The translations under genes were made by a program, and so were the position numbers. A stretch of 64,000 bases of DNA from Candidatus Nomurabacteria bacterium (GTDB lineage: Bacteria > Patescibacteriota > Saccharimonadia > Saccharimonadales > JAGQNJ01). The stretch's first letter is position 1; every line of letters starts with the position of its first letter. The notes beneath the pieces are model-generated. The model worked only from the letters and a program-made list of their open reading frames with translations. It was not told the DNA's origin and did not search any database. Below are positions 26,266 through 35,488 of this stretch, piece by piece. The DNA lies in assembly GCA_023898625.1 (NCBI GenBank), contig CP060231.1, positions 340,258-404,257 on the forward strand, written 5' to 3'.

Positions 26266-28625
26266 AAACAAAAGTCGACATATCGGTTAATATAACAGCA
26301 CATAGAGAAGGTAATTTATTGTACAGAACCCTCGTTGCTATCAATAATAATATCAATGCTTTGATTCAAGAAATACCTAATACCAAAATAGAGGTTAATG
26401 TTTCATTAGATAATCATGATGAAAAAACCAAAGAAGTAGTCGATAAGTTTGGGTTTGATAATGCAACAAAAAAGACATATAGTGTTAAATTTGGTGATTT
26501 GGCAGAAAGTAGAAATAACTTAATCGGAAAATCGAAGGGTGAATACTTGGCCTTTTTTGATGGAGACGATGTTTTTAGCTTAAAATATTTACTTTCGGCT
26601 TATAGGCTAGCCAGAGCTAATAAAAACAAAAAGGTAGTATATTCGGTAGATTATCTTGTTGTTTTTGGTGGCGAGAATAGTATTGCTGTTAGGCCTGAGG
26701 TTAAAACTAATTATAGGTCAGCACTAGAGCTGGTAGTTAATAATAACCCAGTAAACTCTTGTATTTTTGCCAACAAAGAAGTATTTCAACTTACTCGTTA
26801 TGAACCAGTTGTTAGGGGTAGTGGATATGGATATGAAGACTGGCACTTTGTTACTAAACTCTTAGTTTTAGGAGTAGAGTTTAAAAAGATACCGGATGGT
26901 ATATTATTTTACAGAAGAAGCTTTAATCCAGCAGAGTCTTTATTGTCTGGACAAGTATCTCAAAACGCCATTCTTAGAAGATCTCCTTTGTTTGATCCAC
27001 AAACTTTTGTGGATTTTTATAATAACCGCAAAACAGAAAAGAAAGCGACCCATGACCCAATAAAACCACCCATTAAGTACAATTTTAAAACCATTGTTCG
27101 ACAACTTCTATATAGACGACCCTTTACGGCAATGCCTGTGACTGCAAAAACCTATCTTAAGACCTGCTATCATGCCCATAATAGGCTACTGATTGCTATT
27201 AAAGACAAGGTTAGGTGGTTAAGTAATAAAAAATCTTCCCTAATTACCCAGCAAGATATTATAGCTAGTGGGATAGACCTGTACAGAAATCATTTAGAAA
27301 ATATTCTTTTTGAGAAGTTAAACCATTTTAATGTAGCAAGAAGCTCTGTAGTGAAAATTGTTGATGAGTGGTTTTATGCTAACTCGATAGAGCCATTAAT
27401 TTCACCCACAGAGGGAAATTTTATTAACCTTGGAGTTTCGTTTTACCCTGATAGCACATACAATACAAAACTGTATTATGAATTATGCATGGGTGTTCTA
27501 GAACTTAATAAACAAAAAAATGTTTGTATAATGATGACTCCATGGATTACAAGGGGTGGAGCAGACTTAATTTTAGTAGAAACTATAAAAACCTTGCATA
27601 AAAATGGAACATCTGTGTTACTAATCACGACTGAAGGCAACAATATGCAGTGGCTAGGAAGAATAGCCAAGTATGCGAAAGTTGTTAACATTCATGACTA
27701 CAAACAAAATATTTCTTTTGAAGATATACTTGGGTTAATATCAAGGCTTGTTATTAATGTGCAACCAAAGTATTTTGTTAGTCTAAATTCATATTATGGT
27801 AATGAGATTGCTGTAAAATATGGCAAACAAATAGGTGAGGCGTCAAAAATATACACATATAAGTTCTCATTACATCAAGATGAGAATGGTGTATCTTTTG
27901 AAGCTCCAGAATCTTTTTATGATAATATACATAAAATAGATAAGGCACGAATTGTGACTGATTGCCAAAATACAGTAAAAGACTATATGAGGGTTTTTGG
28001 GTATGGAGCAGAAAAGTTTGATTTTATAACAATGCCTATACCCGTAACAAAAAGTAAATTAACAGCTACTAGTAAGCCACACAAAAAAGTTCTTTGTGCA
28101 GGACGCATAGCACCTGACAAACTAATAAAGGAACTTTTTGTTATTTCTGATTTATTAAAAGATGATGATATATCGATTGATATATATGGATCTATCGATG
28201 ACAGAATGGCGGGTGAATATGGCGTATTCAGTAATTTATTAAAGTCTTATAGCAACATAACATATAAGGGTGGGTTTGATAAATTTTCGGATATACCTAT
28301 TCAAAATTATGATATTTTACTTTTTGCTTCGCGTAGCGAAGGATTGCCCAATGTTGTTTTAGAGGCTATAGGTGCAAATTTGTTTGTTGTTGCTTCTGAT
28401 GTTGGTGGTGTAGGAGAGGTTATAGAGCACGGCATAAATGGATATTTGATTAATGACCCCTTAGATGCGAAGGCTTACGCAGATATGATAAGATTGTACT
28501 ATAAAGATAATTCAAAAGAGAGCTTAAACAAGAAAACAGAGTATAACAAGAATCTTTATAAATCTAGAAGTACTACTGCTATGATAGAGAGCATTAAAAA
28601 GATGTACGACATCATATCAAAATAA
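26262..28625 (+). CDS. Bifunctional-looking glycosyltransferase (N-terminal GT2-like, C-terminal GT4/GT-B)
   Basis: N-terminus 'ISVNITAHREG...FFDGDDVF'. C-terminus 'ASRSEGLPNVVLEAIGANLFVVASDVGGVGEVIEHGINGYLI'. Confidence 0.8.
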   Translation: MKTKVDISVNITAHREGNLLYRTLVAINNNINALIQEIPNTKIEVNVSLDNHDEKTKEVVDKFGFDNATKKTYSVKFGDLAESRNNLIGKSKGEYLAFFDGDDVFSLKYLLSAYRLARANKNKKVVYSVDYLVVFGGENSIAVRPEVKTNYRSALELVVNNNPVNSCIFANKEVFQLTRYEPVVRGSGYGYEDWHFVTKLLVLGVEFKKIPDGILFYRRSFNPAESLLSGQVSQNAILRRSPLFDPQTFVDFYNNRKTEKKATHDPIKPPIKYNFKTIVRQLLYRRPFTAMPVTAKTYLKTCYHAHNRLLIAIKDKVRWLSNKKSSLITQQDIIASGIDLYRNHLENILFEKLNHFNVARSSVVKIVDEWFYANSIEPLISPTEGNFINLGVSFYPDSTYNTKLYYELCMGVLELNKQKNVCIMMTPWITRGGADLILVETIKTLHKNGTSVLLITTEGNNMQWLGRIAKYAKVVNIHDYKQNISFEDILGLISRLVINVQPKYFVSLNSYYGNEIAVKYGKQIGEASKIYTYKFSLHQDENGVSFEAPESFYDNIHKIDKARIVTDCQNTVKDYMRVFGYGAEKFDFITMPIPVTKSKLTATSKPHKKVLCAGRIAPDKLIKELFVISDLLKDDDISIDIYGSIDDRMAGEYGVFSNLLKSYSNITYKGGFDKFSDIPIQNYDILLFASRSEGLPNVVLEAIGANLFVVASDVGGVGEVIEHGINGYLINDPLDAKAYADMIRLYYKDNSKESLNKKTEYNKNLYKSRSTTAMIESIKKMYDIISK

Positions 28626-28641
28626 GTAGGTTTGTGATATG

Positions 28642-30009
28642 CTATTGTTTTTTAAGTGTGTTACGTAAGTAAGTTTTTGTGACCTCTGACTCATTCACCC
28701 CCCATGATCCTATATTTTGGTCAACATGTTTGCGATAGTAGACGATTTCCTTTGAAGGTCGTTTACTGTTTTCGTACCATGGTTGGTGGTGTGCTACAAA
28801 TTTGCCTCCTGTACGCAAACCAGGTCCTAATGTGTAAGGCGTGTTTTGTCTATAAACCGCAAAGGTTGTGTCTATTTCTGCATCGTAAACATCGGGCTCT
28901 ACTGTTGATTCCCAAAACTGGCTTTCCCACGAAATAACATAATCTTTTAGCTCGTAATAATCTGGTAAATCATCAATTTTTAAACCAAATCCAACTTTTG
29001 TTCGTTCTGGATATTTTGTAAGAAGGTCGCAGAATCTTTTTACCGCCCCATGCGAGTCGCCTATAGGTATTACATCTGGGTCTGTTACAATAAAGGGCTT
29101 ATTTTTTGCGTATATGTCAACAATTCCTTCAGTCCATGGCGATTTATGTCCAGCGTTTTTATTTAAATAGATGATCTCATAGGGAAGTTTTTTATAATAA
29201 TCTATAAGAGGTGGATAGGTAGAGGCGTTGTCTATTAAGATGATATTTTTTAATCCCTCGTCTTCAAGCCATGATATTAGTCTTTGCAAAGGCTCTTTTC
29301 TGTCTCTACAAATAATAAAAACAGGAATGTTTTTAGAAAAAAACACATCTGGAACATTTTTTCTTAGCTTTTGGGCAAGTCTAGTTTTACGGTATTGTTT
29401 GTACTTTTCTATCATTTTCTTGCAGTAATAAATAAATAGTTGTCGGTATGGACGAATAAGTATCAACGCGTCAAGAATAGGCGTTGTCGGGTGATTAATT
29501 TTTGTTGGTAAAATTCGTAAAGTAAGTTGTTGGTTTGCGATTTTTAATAATTTTTTATAATCTTCAATTATTGCAGAATTATTAGCAACAAAGCCTTTAC
29601 TTGTAATGAGTAGAGGGCACTGCTCAATGCGTCTTATACCGATTTTTTGTAGGATTATATTTTGCTTTTGCGGTAGATAAACATTTGATATCGAATTTTC
29701 GAGGTCTATTGAAGAAAATAATTTTACCATTTCATAATGATTTTCAATGAAGTACTCCACAGTAGTAAATAATAGAAATTCTCCACTGGCGCTAGCAATT
29801 GCTTTTTGTATTGGTTTAACAGCTCGAGTGTTACTGGTTATTATTTGTACTCGTTTGGAGGCAGACTTTAGTGTGTTTTTTGGTTGCGATAAATAAAACA
29901 AAACTTCAATTGCTAAATCTCTGTACTTTGACAACAATAAATCTACAACAGTGCTAATCTGCTGCTGAGATACCTTCTCGCCAGATATAATAATTGATAG
30001 TGACTTCAT
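28642..30009 (-). CDS. Glycosyltransferase-like protein (GT-A-like C-terminal half)
   Basis: 'PVFIICRDRKEPLQRLISWLEDEGLKNIILIDNASTYPP'. Glycan-locus context. Opposite strand to its neighbours. Confidence 0.55.
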   Translation of the reverse strand: MKSLSIIISGEKVSQQQISTVVDLLLSKYRDLAIEVLFYLSQPKNTLKSASKRVQIITSNTRAVKPIQKAIASASGEFLLFTTVEYFIENHYEMVKLFSSIDLENSISNVYLPQKQNIILQKIGIRRIEQCPLLITSKGFVANNSAIIEDYKKLLKIANQQLTLRILPTKINHPTTPILDALILIRPYRQLFIYYCKKMIEKYKQYRKTRLAQKLRKNVPDVFFSKNIPVFIICRDRKEPLQRLISWLEDEGLKNIILIDNASTYPPLIDYYKKLPYEIIYLNKNAGHKSPWTEGIVDIYAKNKPFIVTDPDVIPIGDSHGAVKRFCDLLTKYPERTKVGFGLKIDDLPDYYELKDYVISWESQFWESTVEPDVYDAEIDTTFAVYRQNTPYTLGPGLRTGGKFVAHHQPWYENSKRPSKEIVYYRKHVDQNIGSWGVNESEVTKTYLRNTLKKQ

Positions 30010-30086
30010 TGATATGATAATAGCATGTATAGTAGTTTTTTGTTAAAGAGTGAGTAAAGTATAATGTAGTAAGTTATGGAGGGAAA

Positions 30087-31952
30087 GTGAAGAAGGTAGT
30101 CAAAAAAGCGGTTCATCATTCTGTGGTTGGGGCTAGGAAGGTTGTCGGTAAAAATAAATATCTCAAAAGCGTTATATTAAACAATGTTGCGCCACATTTG
30201 AGAGTACATAATAAGAATAATTATGAAAGATGGTTAGAGGTTAACTTTCCTGATTTTGTTGCTATTGCAAAAATGCGAAAAGAGCTAGCTGAACTAAGGT
30301 ATCAGCCGTTGATTTCGGTGATTGTTCCAACATACAACACTAACTTACGATTCCTGCAAGAATGTTTAGATTCGGTTTTTGGGCAAGTTTACGAAAATTG
30401 GGAGCTTATTGTTGTAGATGATTGCTCAACTGATAAAAAAGTAAAAGAGTTTATTAAGAACTACGCCAAACAAGAAAAAAGACTCATTTATAAATTCTTG
30501 CCTAAAAATCTTGGCATATCTGGCGCAACCAATGAGGCCGTAAGGCTGGCTAAAGGAGAATTTATTGGGATATTTGACCATGATGATTTGCTGTGGCCAA
30601 ATGCCCTATTTGAGATGGTCAAAGCACTTAATAATGACAAAAAATTAGATTTTATTTATACAGATGAAGATAAAATTACAGAGGATACACACAATCATTT
30701 GGGCTATGTGTTTAAGCCAGACTATAACCCAGACTTTATGCATAGCGTAAACTACTTTACTCACTTTACAGTTATTCGTAAGAGTTTATTTGATAAGATT
30801 GGCGGAGAGCGATCAGAATATGACGGGGCGCAAGATTGGGATTTGTACTTAAGAATTTGTCGTGAGACAAATAGGATACATCATATCCCAAAAATTTGTT
30901 ATAGCTGGCGCGTACATGATGACTCTACCGCTAAAACAACAGAAGCCAAGCCTTATGTTGTGAAGGCTCAACAAAAAGCTATTGTAGACGACTTGACAGA
31001 GCGAGGTTATAAAACAGCTAGCGTTAATCAAGACATGAAACACCCCGGCTACTGGAATGTAACTTATCCAGTCAAAGACAACCCTCTAATTTCTATAGTT
31101 ATACCTAGCAAGAACCAGTATAAAGTACTTAAAAGATGCATAGATTCAATCTATAACAAGACTACTTATGATAATTTTGAGGTAGTGTTAGTTGATACAG
31201 GTAGTGACGATAGAAGGGTATGGAATTATTACGACAGACTCCAAAAGCAACACGATAATTTTAAGTTGATAGAGTGGACAGAACAGCCATTTAGTTATGC
31301 CCGTAGTTGTAACGAAGGTGCAAAGCAAGCCCGGGGGGATTTGTTGGTTATGTTAAACAATGACACAGAGGTTCTTACTAAAGATTGGCTACAAATTATG
31401 GCGGGCGACGCTCAACGTAAAGAGGTTGGTGTGGTGGGTTGTTTGTTATTTTACCCTGATGGTTATCGAATTCAGCATGCTGGGGTTGGCGTAGGTTTGG
31501 GTGGTGTAGCAGCAAATTCTTTTCAAATGATGACACTAAGCCAGGCTATGACACAGACTCAACACTTATTAATAAACACAAAACATAATATTACAGCTGT
31601 TACTGCGGCATGCTTGATGGTTAAGAGGTCTTTGTTTGACAAAATTAAGGGATTTGATGAGGCATATAGAGTTACATATAATGATGTTGATCTATGTTTG
31701 CGCATTCATGAAATAGGGTATCTTAATGTTTACACCCCACATGTTAGATTATTGCACCACGAGTCAATAAGTGTTGGCTCCCCAGAAGAAATTAAAAAAC
31801 GGGACACAAAAGAAATGAAGCAAGCCCAAGAGAAGTTTAAAAAACAGTGGCAAAAGTACATTCAGCACGACCCCAACATCAATCCAAATTTATCAAAAGA
31901 AGACGCCTTTTACGATATCCCTAAGCGTAAACCCAATAATCTAGATAATTGA
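30087..31952 (+). CDS. Glycosyltransferase with two tandem GT2 domains
   Basis: GTG start with a GGAGGG SD. Domain 1: 'ISVIVPTYNTNLRFLQECLDSV..VVDDCSTD..DHDD'. Domain 2: 'ISIVIPSKNQYKVLKRCIDSI..VLVDTGSDD..NNDTEV'. Confidence 0.88.
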   Translation: MKKVVKKAVHHSVVGARKVVGKNKYLKSVILNNVAPHLRVHNKNNYERWLEVNFPDFVAIAKMRKELAELRYQPLISVIVPTYNTNLRFLQECLDSVFGQVYENWELIVVDDCSTDKKVKEFIKNYAKQEKRLIYKFLPKNLGISGATNEAVRLAKGEFIGIFDHDDLLWPNALFEMVKALNNDKKLDFIYTDEDKITEDTHNHLGYVFKPDYNPDFMHSVNYFTHFTVIRKSLFDKIGGERSEYDGAQDWDLYLRICRETNRIHHIPKICYSWRVHDDSTAKTTEAKPYVVKAQQKAIVDDLTERGYKTASVNQDMKHPGYWNVTYPVKDNPLISIVIPSKNQYKVLKRCIDSIYNKTTYDNFEVVLVDTGSDDRRVWNYYDRLQKQHDNFKLIEWTEQPFSYARSCNEGAKQARGDLLVMLNNDTEVLTKDWLQIMAGDAQRKEVGVVGCLLFYPDGYRIQHAGVGVGLGGVAANSFQMMTLSQAMTQTQHLLINTKHNITAVTAACLMVKRSLFDKIKGFDEAYRVTYNDVDLCLRIHEIGYLNVYTPHVRLLHHESISVGSPEEIKKRDTKEMKQAQEKFKKQWQKYIQHDPNINPNLSKEDAFYDIPKRKPNNLDN

Positions 31953-31958
31953 GTAGAT

Positions 31959-33632
31959 TTATTGTGGCTGATACCAGCCAATTCCTTCATCATTAAAGAT
32001 TCCACGACTAATCAAGAAGTTACGCTCGTTTGCGTCATTTGTGTATAGATGTTCACCAGTTTGAGGTCTATATAGACGGAAGACTGGTTTGCCGCTAGTA
32101 GATGCATACATTGAAATACCTTCATAGATCCAACCATGGTTTGTTGAAATATTATGCACCTCACTCCAATCAGTAGTGAATAAATGTTGTTTTAGGCCAG
32201 GGCTGTATAGCCTATATATAGGTTTTCCGGGTTGTGTCTTTAGGCTTGTCCAAGCAACGCCATCGTAAGCGTAACCGGATCTAATCATAGAATCACGTTC
32301 ATTAACATCAGTTGTCCAAAAATGAGTATTGTTTGGCATATCCCTAAAGCGATATACTAGATTTTGTCCTGTTGGCGGAGCTTTTTCTTGTTGTACGGGG
32401 CTTAGGGCGGTAAATGGAGTACTTTCTTGTGTGTAGCTAGATGGATACCCATAAGGATTAGTGGTCCATACGTGCTGGCCGTTGCTGTTATTGTACAATC
32501 TGTAAACAGGATATCCGCTGTTGCTGTTTGGTGGGTCTGCATAAAAAGCTATCCAGTTTGGAGTGAAAGCGCCGGATAGGGCAGAGTATTCGCCTAGACT
32601 AGTGGTTAGGAAAGTTTCACCGTTAGGTTTTGTCATTCCATACACGGGTATGTTGCCAGATTTAGGAGCGTTGGGGTTTCGTGCATAGAATTTGACACCT
32701 CCGTAGCCAAAACCCTGAGAATTGACGAAGTGATTGATGCTCCCGTAATCAGTAGTTAGCTTTTCTGACCCGTTTGATAACTGAGCCTTCCAAACGCACG
32801 AAAGACTAGTATTAGTCGCCTCTTGACATCCGGGTATTGCAGTAATGTGTGTTACTCCAAACCAATCCCTGAATAGTCGCCAAAAGTTGCGATTACCATA
32901 TGCACCACAACCATCACCCGTACCATAAAGGTTACTTAAGGCCGAAGCATTTGGTTGATAAGGAGTGTAATTATATAAACCAGCAGTAGCATAGTTTTCT
33001 ATATAAACATTTGTACCCCCACAAGCGGTATTTGGGTTATATTGAATGTAATTATTTTGGAAGGGCCTGTAGCGATAGCTACCAGGGTTTGTGGCGTAAC
33101 GTCTAAACTGCCACGCAGCTTTGTTAACTTGGTTGGTAAATCCATAGTACTGCGCATCACAAGGTGCGGTATCGGGGCAACCGTAACCCGTAGCACTTCT
33201 GTATTGAATTGACCAAGGCCATTCGTCTGTAACAAGAGACTGCTCTTTTTGTAATAGCACCAACAATACACGCGGGCTAATTTGGTTGGCGTCCGCCGCC
33301 TCTTTAATGATCTGGGCGGAAGATTTACCGTTTTGAGAATAGTCTTTTAGGCAGGTGTATGGTGGTGGATATCCTTTACTTGTTCCATATTGTGCTCTTG
33401 TGCCACCACCTTTCTCTGATGGTTTTGTTCCCCAGGTATCACAACTACTTAGTTTGCTATTCATAAAGTTTTGTATGCTACTAACAGACATATCGCCATT
33501 GTTGTAAAAAATGCTGTCATCTATGATATTACCTGCGCGCCAATCTGCTCCCGATAGTGCATTTGCTGTCACGGGGAACACCAAAATAGCTAACAGGCTA
33601 ATGATAAAAGAAAACTTAATTGATCGTAACAT
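31959..33632 (-). CDS. Secreted protein: conserved Cys-containing N-terminal domain + 4-5 C-terminal 'vYRlyn..g.HfyTtd' repeats (DUF5648-like)
   Basis: Signal peptide MLRSIKFSFIISLLAILVFPVTANA. 'ISPRVLLVLLQKEQSLVTD..GYGCPDTAPC'. Repeats PVYRLYNNSNGQHVWTT / LVYRFRDMPNNTHFWTTDVNE / PIYRLYSPGLKQHLFTTD / PVFRLYRPQTGEHLYTNDANE. Confidence 0.7.
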   Translation of the reverse strand: MLRSIKFSFIISLLAILVFPVTANALSGADWRAGNIIDDSIFYNNGDMSVSSIQNFMNSKLSSCDTWGTKPSEKGGGTRAQYGTSKGYPPPYTCLKDYSQNGKSSAQIIKEAADANQISPRVLLVLLQKEQSLVTDEWPWSIQYRSATGYGCPDTAPCDAQYYGFTNQVNKAAWQFRRYATNPGSYRYRPFQNNYIQYNPNTACGGTNVYIENYATAGLYNYTPYQPNASALSNLYGTGDGCGAYGNRNFWRLFRDWFGVTHITAIPGCQEATNTSLSCVWKAQLSNGSEKLTTDYGSINHFVNSQGFGYGGVKFYARNPNAPKSGNIPVYGMTKPNGETFLTTSLGEYSALSGAFTPNWIAFYADPPNSNSGYPVYRLYNNSNGQHVWTTNPYGYPSSYTQESTPFTALSPVQQEKAPPTGQNLVYRFRDMPNNTHFWTTDVNERDSMIRSGYAYDGVAWTSLKTQPGKPIYRLYSPGLKQHLFTTDWSEVHNISTNHGWIYEGISMYASTSGKPVFRLYRPQTGEHLYTNDANERNFLISRGIFNDEGIGWYQPQ

Positions 33633-34176
33633 TCTGAGAGACCTCTACCTTTTTGTCGTTAACATAATAGGTTGCGGTTAAGTTCCATGTTCCAAGCTTG
33701 GTAAATTCTACCTCTGGAATGCTGGTGTTACATTTGTTGCCAGAAACCACAACTTCTCTAATAACCGGTTTATCTTCTGTAGTTGTAAACGAAAAAACAC
33801 ATTTTCCTCCACTATCTCCACTAGTTTCAGCATCTACTGTGATTTGCCCACTTGATTGATTAACAGAAACTATCTTAATGCTAGAAGTCGTTGTTCTGGG
33901 GATTTGGTCAGACGTGTTGGTGCTAACAGAGTTATTTGTTTTAGCTTCACTACTACTGGGTTGATCAACTTGAGTGTCGTTGTCCTGATTCATGACTTCT
34001 GTTTTAGCGGATGTGATCTGTGCGGTATCTTTATTTTTGTTGCTTGATTGTTTCTTATAAAACAAGAATACGCCAACTACTACTATGACAATAAGCACCA
34101 AACACACCAGTATCAACTTCTTGTGATTTGGTTTACTTGTTATTGCATTAGTGATTTTGTATTTTTGTGCTGACAT
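33616..34176 (-). CDS. Membrane-anchored Ser/Thr-rich hypothetical protein
   Basis: Single TM (LILVCLVLIVIVVVGVFLF), a low-complexity S/T/N-rich spacer, then a ~90-aa beta-rich C-terminal domain. 17-nt overlap with the downstream gene. Confidence 0.6.
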   Translation of the reverse strand: MSAQKYKITNAITSKPNHKKLILVCLVLIVIVVVGVFLFYKKQSSNKNKDTAQITSAKTEVMNQDNDTQVDQPSSSEAKTNNSVSTNTSDQIPRTTTSSIKIVSVNQSSGQITVDAETSGDSGGKCVFSFTTTEDKPVIREVVVSGNKCNTSIPEVEFTKLGTWNLTATYYVNDKKVEVSQNVTIN

Positions 34177-34229
34177 TGTTTTAGCAGTATGGTATTAACT
34201 TTGTAATAATACCATAAGCAAGAAGGAGA

Positions 34230-34964
34230 TTACAAACCCCTTTTAAATTTTAGCTTTGGAACTAAGATCAAGTTTTTTATTAACGTGTTTTTTGGAATTT
34301 TTGATTTACCGTGCTGTCTGTCTCGGAAGTTTATGGGAATTTGTTTTGCGGATATACAATTTTGTAGAGCTTTGTACTTTAACTCAATTAAAAAACCATA
34401 TCCAGTAGAGTTAATACTATTTAGATCAATTTTACTAAGTAAATCTCTGCTGTATAGGTTGTAACCGCCTGTATAATCCGAAATTTTGTTATTCAATACA
34501 AAGCGAGCATAAAAGTTACCATATTTACTAAGTATCCGACGATGAAGTGGCCAATCTGGGGTGCCACCACCCGAAATATATCTAGATGCAACAATAAAGT
34601 CATGCCCAGATCTAGCTGAATCAATGAACTTCGGTATGTACTTTGGGTTATGCGAGAGATCGGCATCCATTTGTAGAATATAGTCTACTTTTTCATCTAG
34701 CAACTTATTAAATCCAGCTATACAAGCCTTACCAAACCCATCTTTAACTTTACGGGTTAATAATAGAACGCGAAAATTATTTGTACCATGTAATTTAGCA
34801 AACTTTTCTACAACTTTTCCCGTATTGTCGGGCGAGCTGTCGTCAACCACTACAATTATTGTTTTAGTATTTTTTTGGTTAGAAAGAGTACTTTTTATAT
34901 TGCTTAGCAGTTTATCGATGTTTTTTGCCTCATTATAGGTGGGGATTGATATTCCAAGTTTCAT
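34230..34964 (-). CDS. Polyprenol-phosphate sugar synthase (dolichyl-phosphate mannosyltransferase/GtrB-CsbB-like GT2)
   Basis: 'LGISIPTYNEAKNIDKL..VVVDDSSPDNTGKVV..MDADLSHNPKYIPKF'. The tracked ORF extends to ATG at 34988; ATG at 34964 gives the usual N-terminus. Confidence 0.8.
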   Translation of the reverse strand: MKLGISIPTYNEAKNIDKLLSNIKSTLSNQKNTKTIIVVVDDSSPDNTGKVVEKFAKLHGTNNFRVLLLTRKVKDGFGKACIAGFNKLLDEKVDYILQMDADLSHNPKYIPKFIDSARSGHDFIVASRYISGGGTPDWPLHRRILSKYGNFYARFVLNNKISDYTGGYNLYSRDLLSKIDLNSINSTGYGFLIELKYKALQNCISAKQIPINFRDRQHGKSKIPKNTLIKNLILVPKLKFKRGL

Positions 34965-35002
34965 ATTACTATAGTCTAGCAGATACATTATAATACGTAG
35001 GC

Positions 35003-35482
35003 ATGGTATTGAGAATATTTGAAGTCCGATTTGCTCGATTTATTTGTGTAGGTTTTTTTAATACCACACTAGACTTTTTGCTGTTAAATCTATTAGCATT
35101 TGTTGCGCATATACCAGTATTGGTAGCGAATGTTGTTTCGGTTTGTGTTGGAGTTGTGGTTTCTTATTATTTAAACCATATTTTTGTTTTCAGACATCAT
35201 TCGCCTCCGTCTTTACAGTCATTTGCTAAGTTCTTTATTGTTACTGGAATAAGTGTCGTGGTTGTACAGACTGTTGTTATCGCTATCATGACCCCAATTT
35301 ACATGAACCTATTACATAGTTTATTAAATTTAGTGTCTAGTTTTGGATTGGATGGGTATGAACATCAGCTAGCTGTTAATATGGCCAAAGTTACTGCAGT
35401 TTTGGTCGGGATGTTTTGGAACTATATATTATATTCTAAGACAGTTTTTCGTGAGAATACCAAACATAGAGTCGTAGAGTAG
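35003..35482 (+). CDS. GtrA-family membrane protein (putative polyprenyl-P-sugar flippase)
   Basis: 'FARFICVGFFNTTLDFLLLNLL' and 4 TM segments, ~150 aa. Confidence 0.8.
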   Translation: MVLRIFEVRFARFICVGFFNTTLDFLLLNLLAFVAHIPVLVANVVSVCVGVVVSYYLNHIFVFRHHSPPSLQSFAKFFIVTGISVVVVQTVVIAIMTPIYMNLLHSLLNLVSSFGLDGYEHQLAVNMAKVTAVLVGMFWNYILYSKTVFRENTKHRVVE

Positions 35483-35488
35483 TTATTA

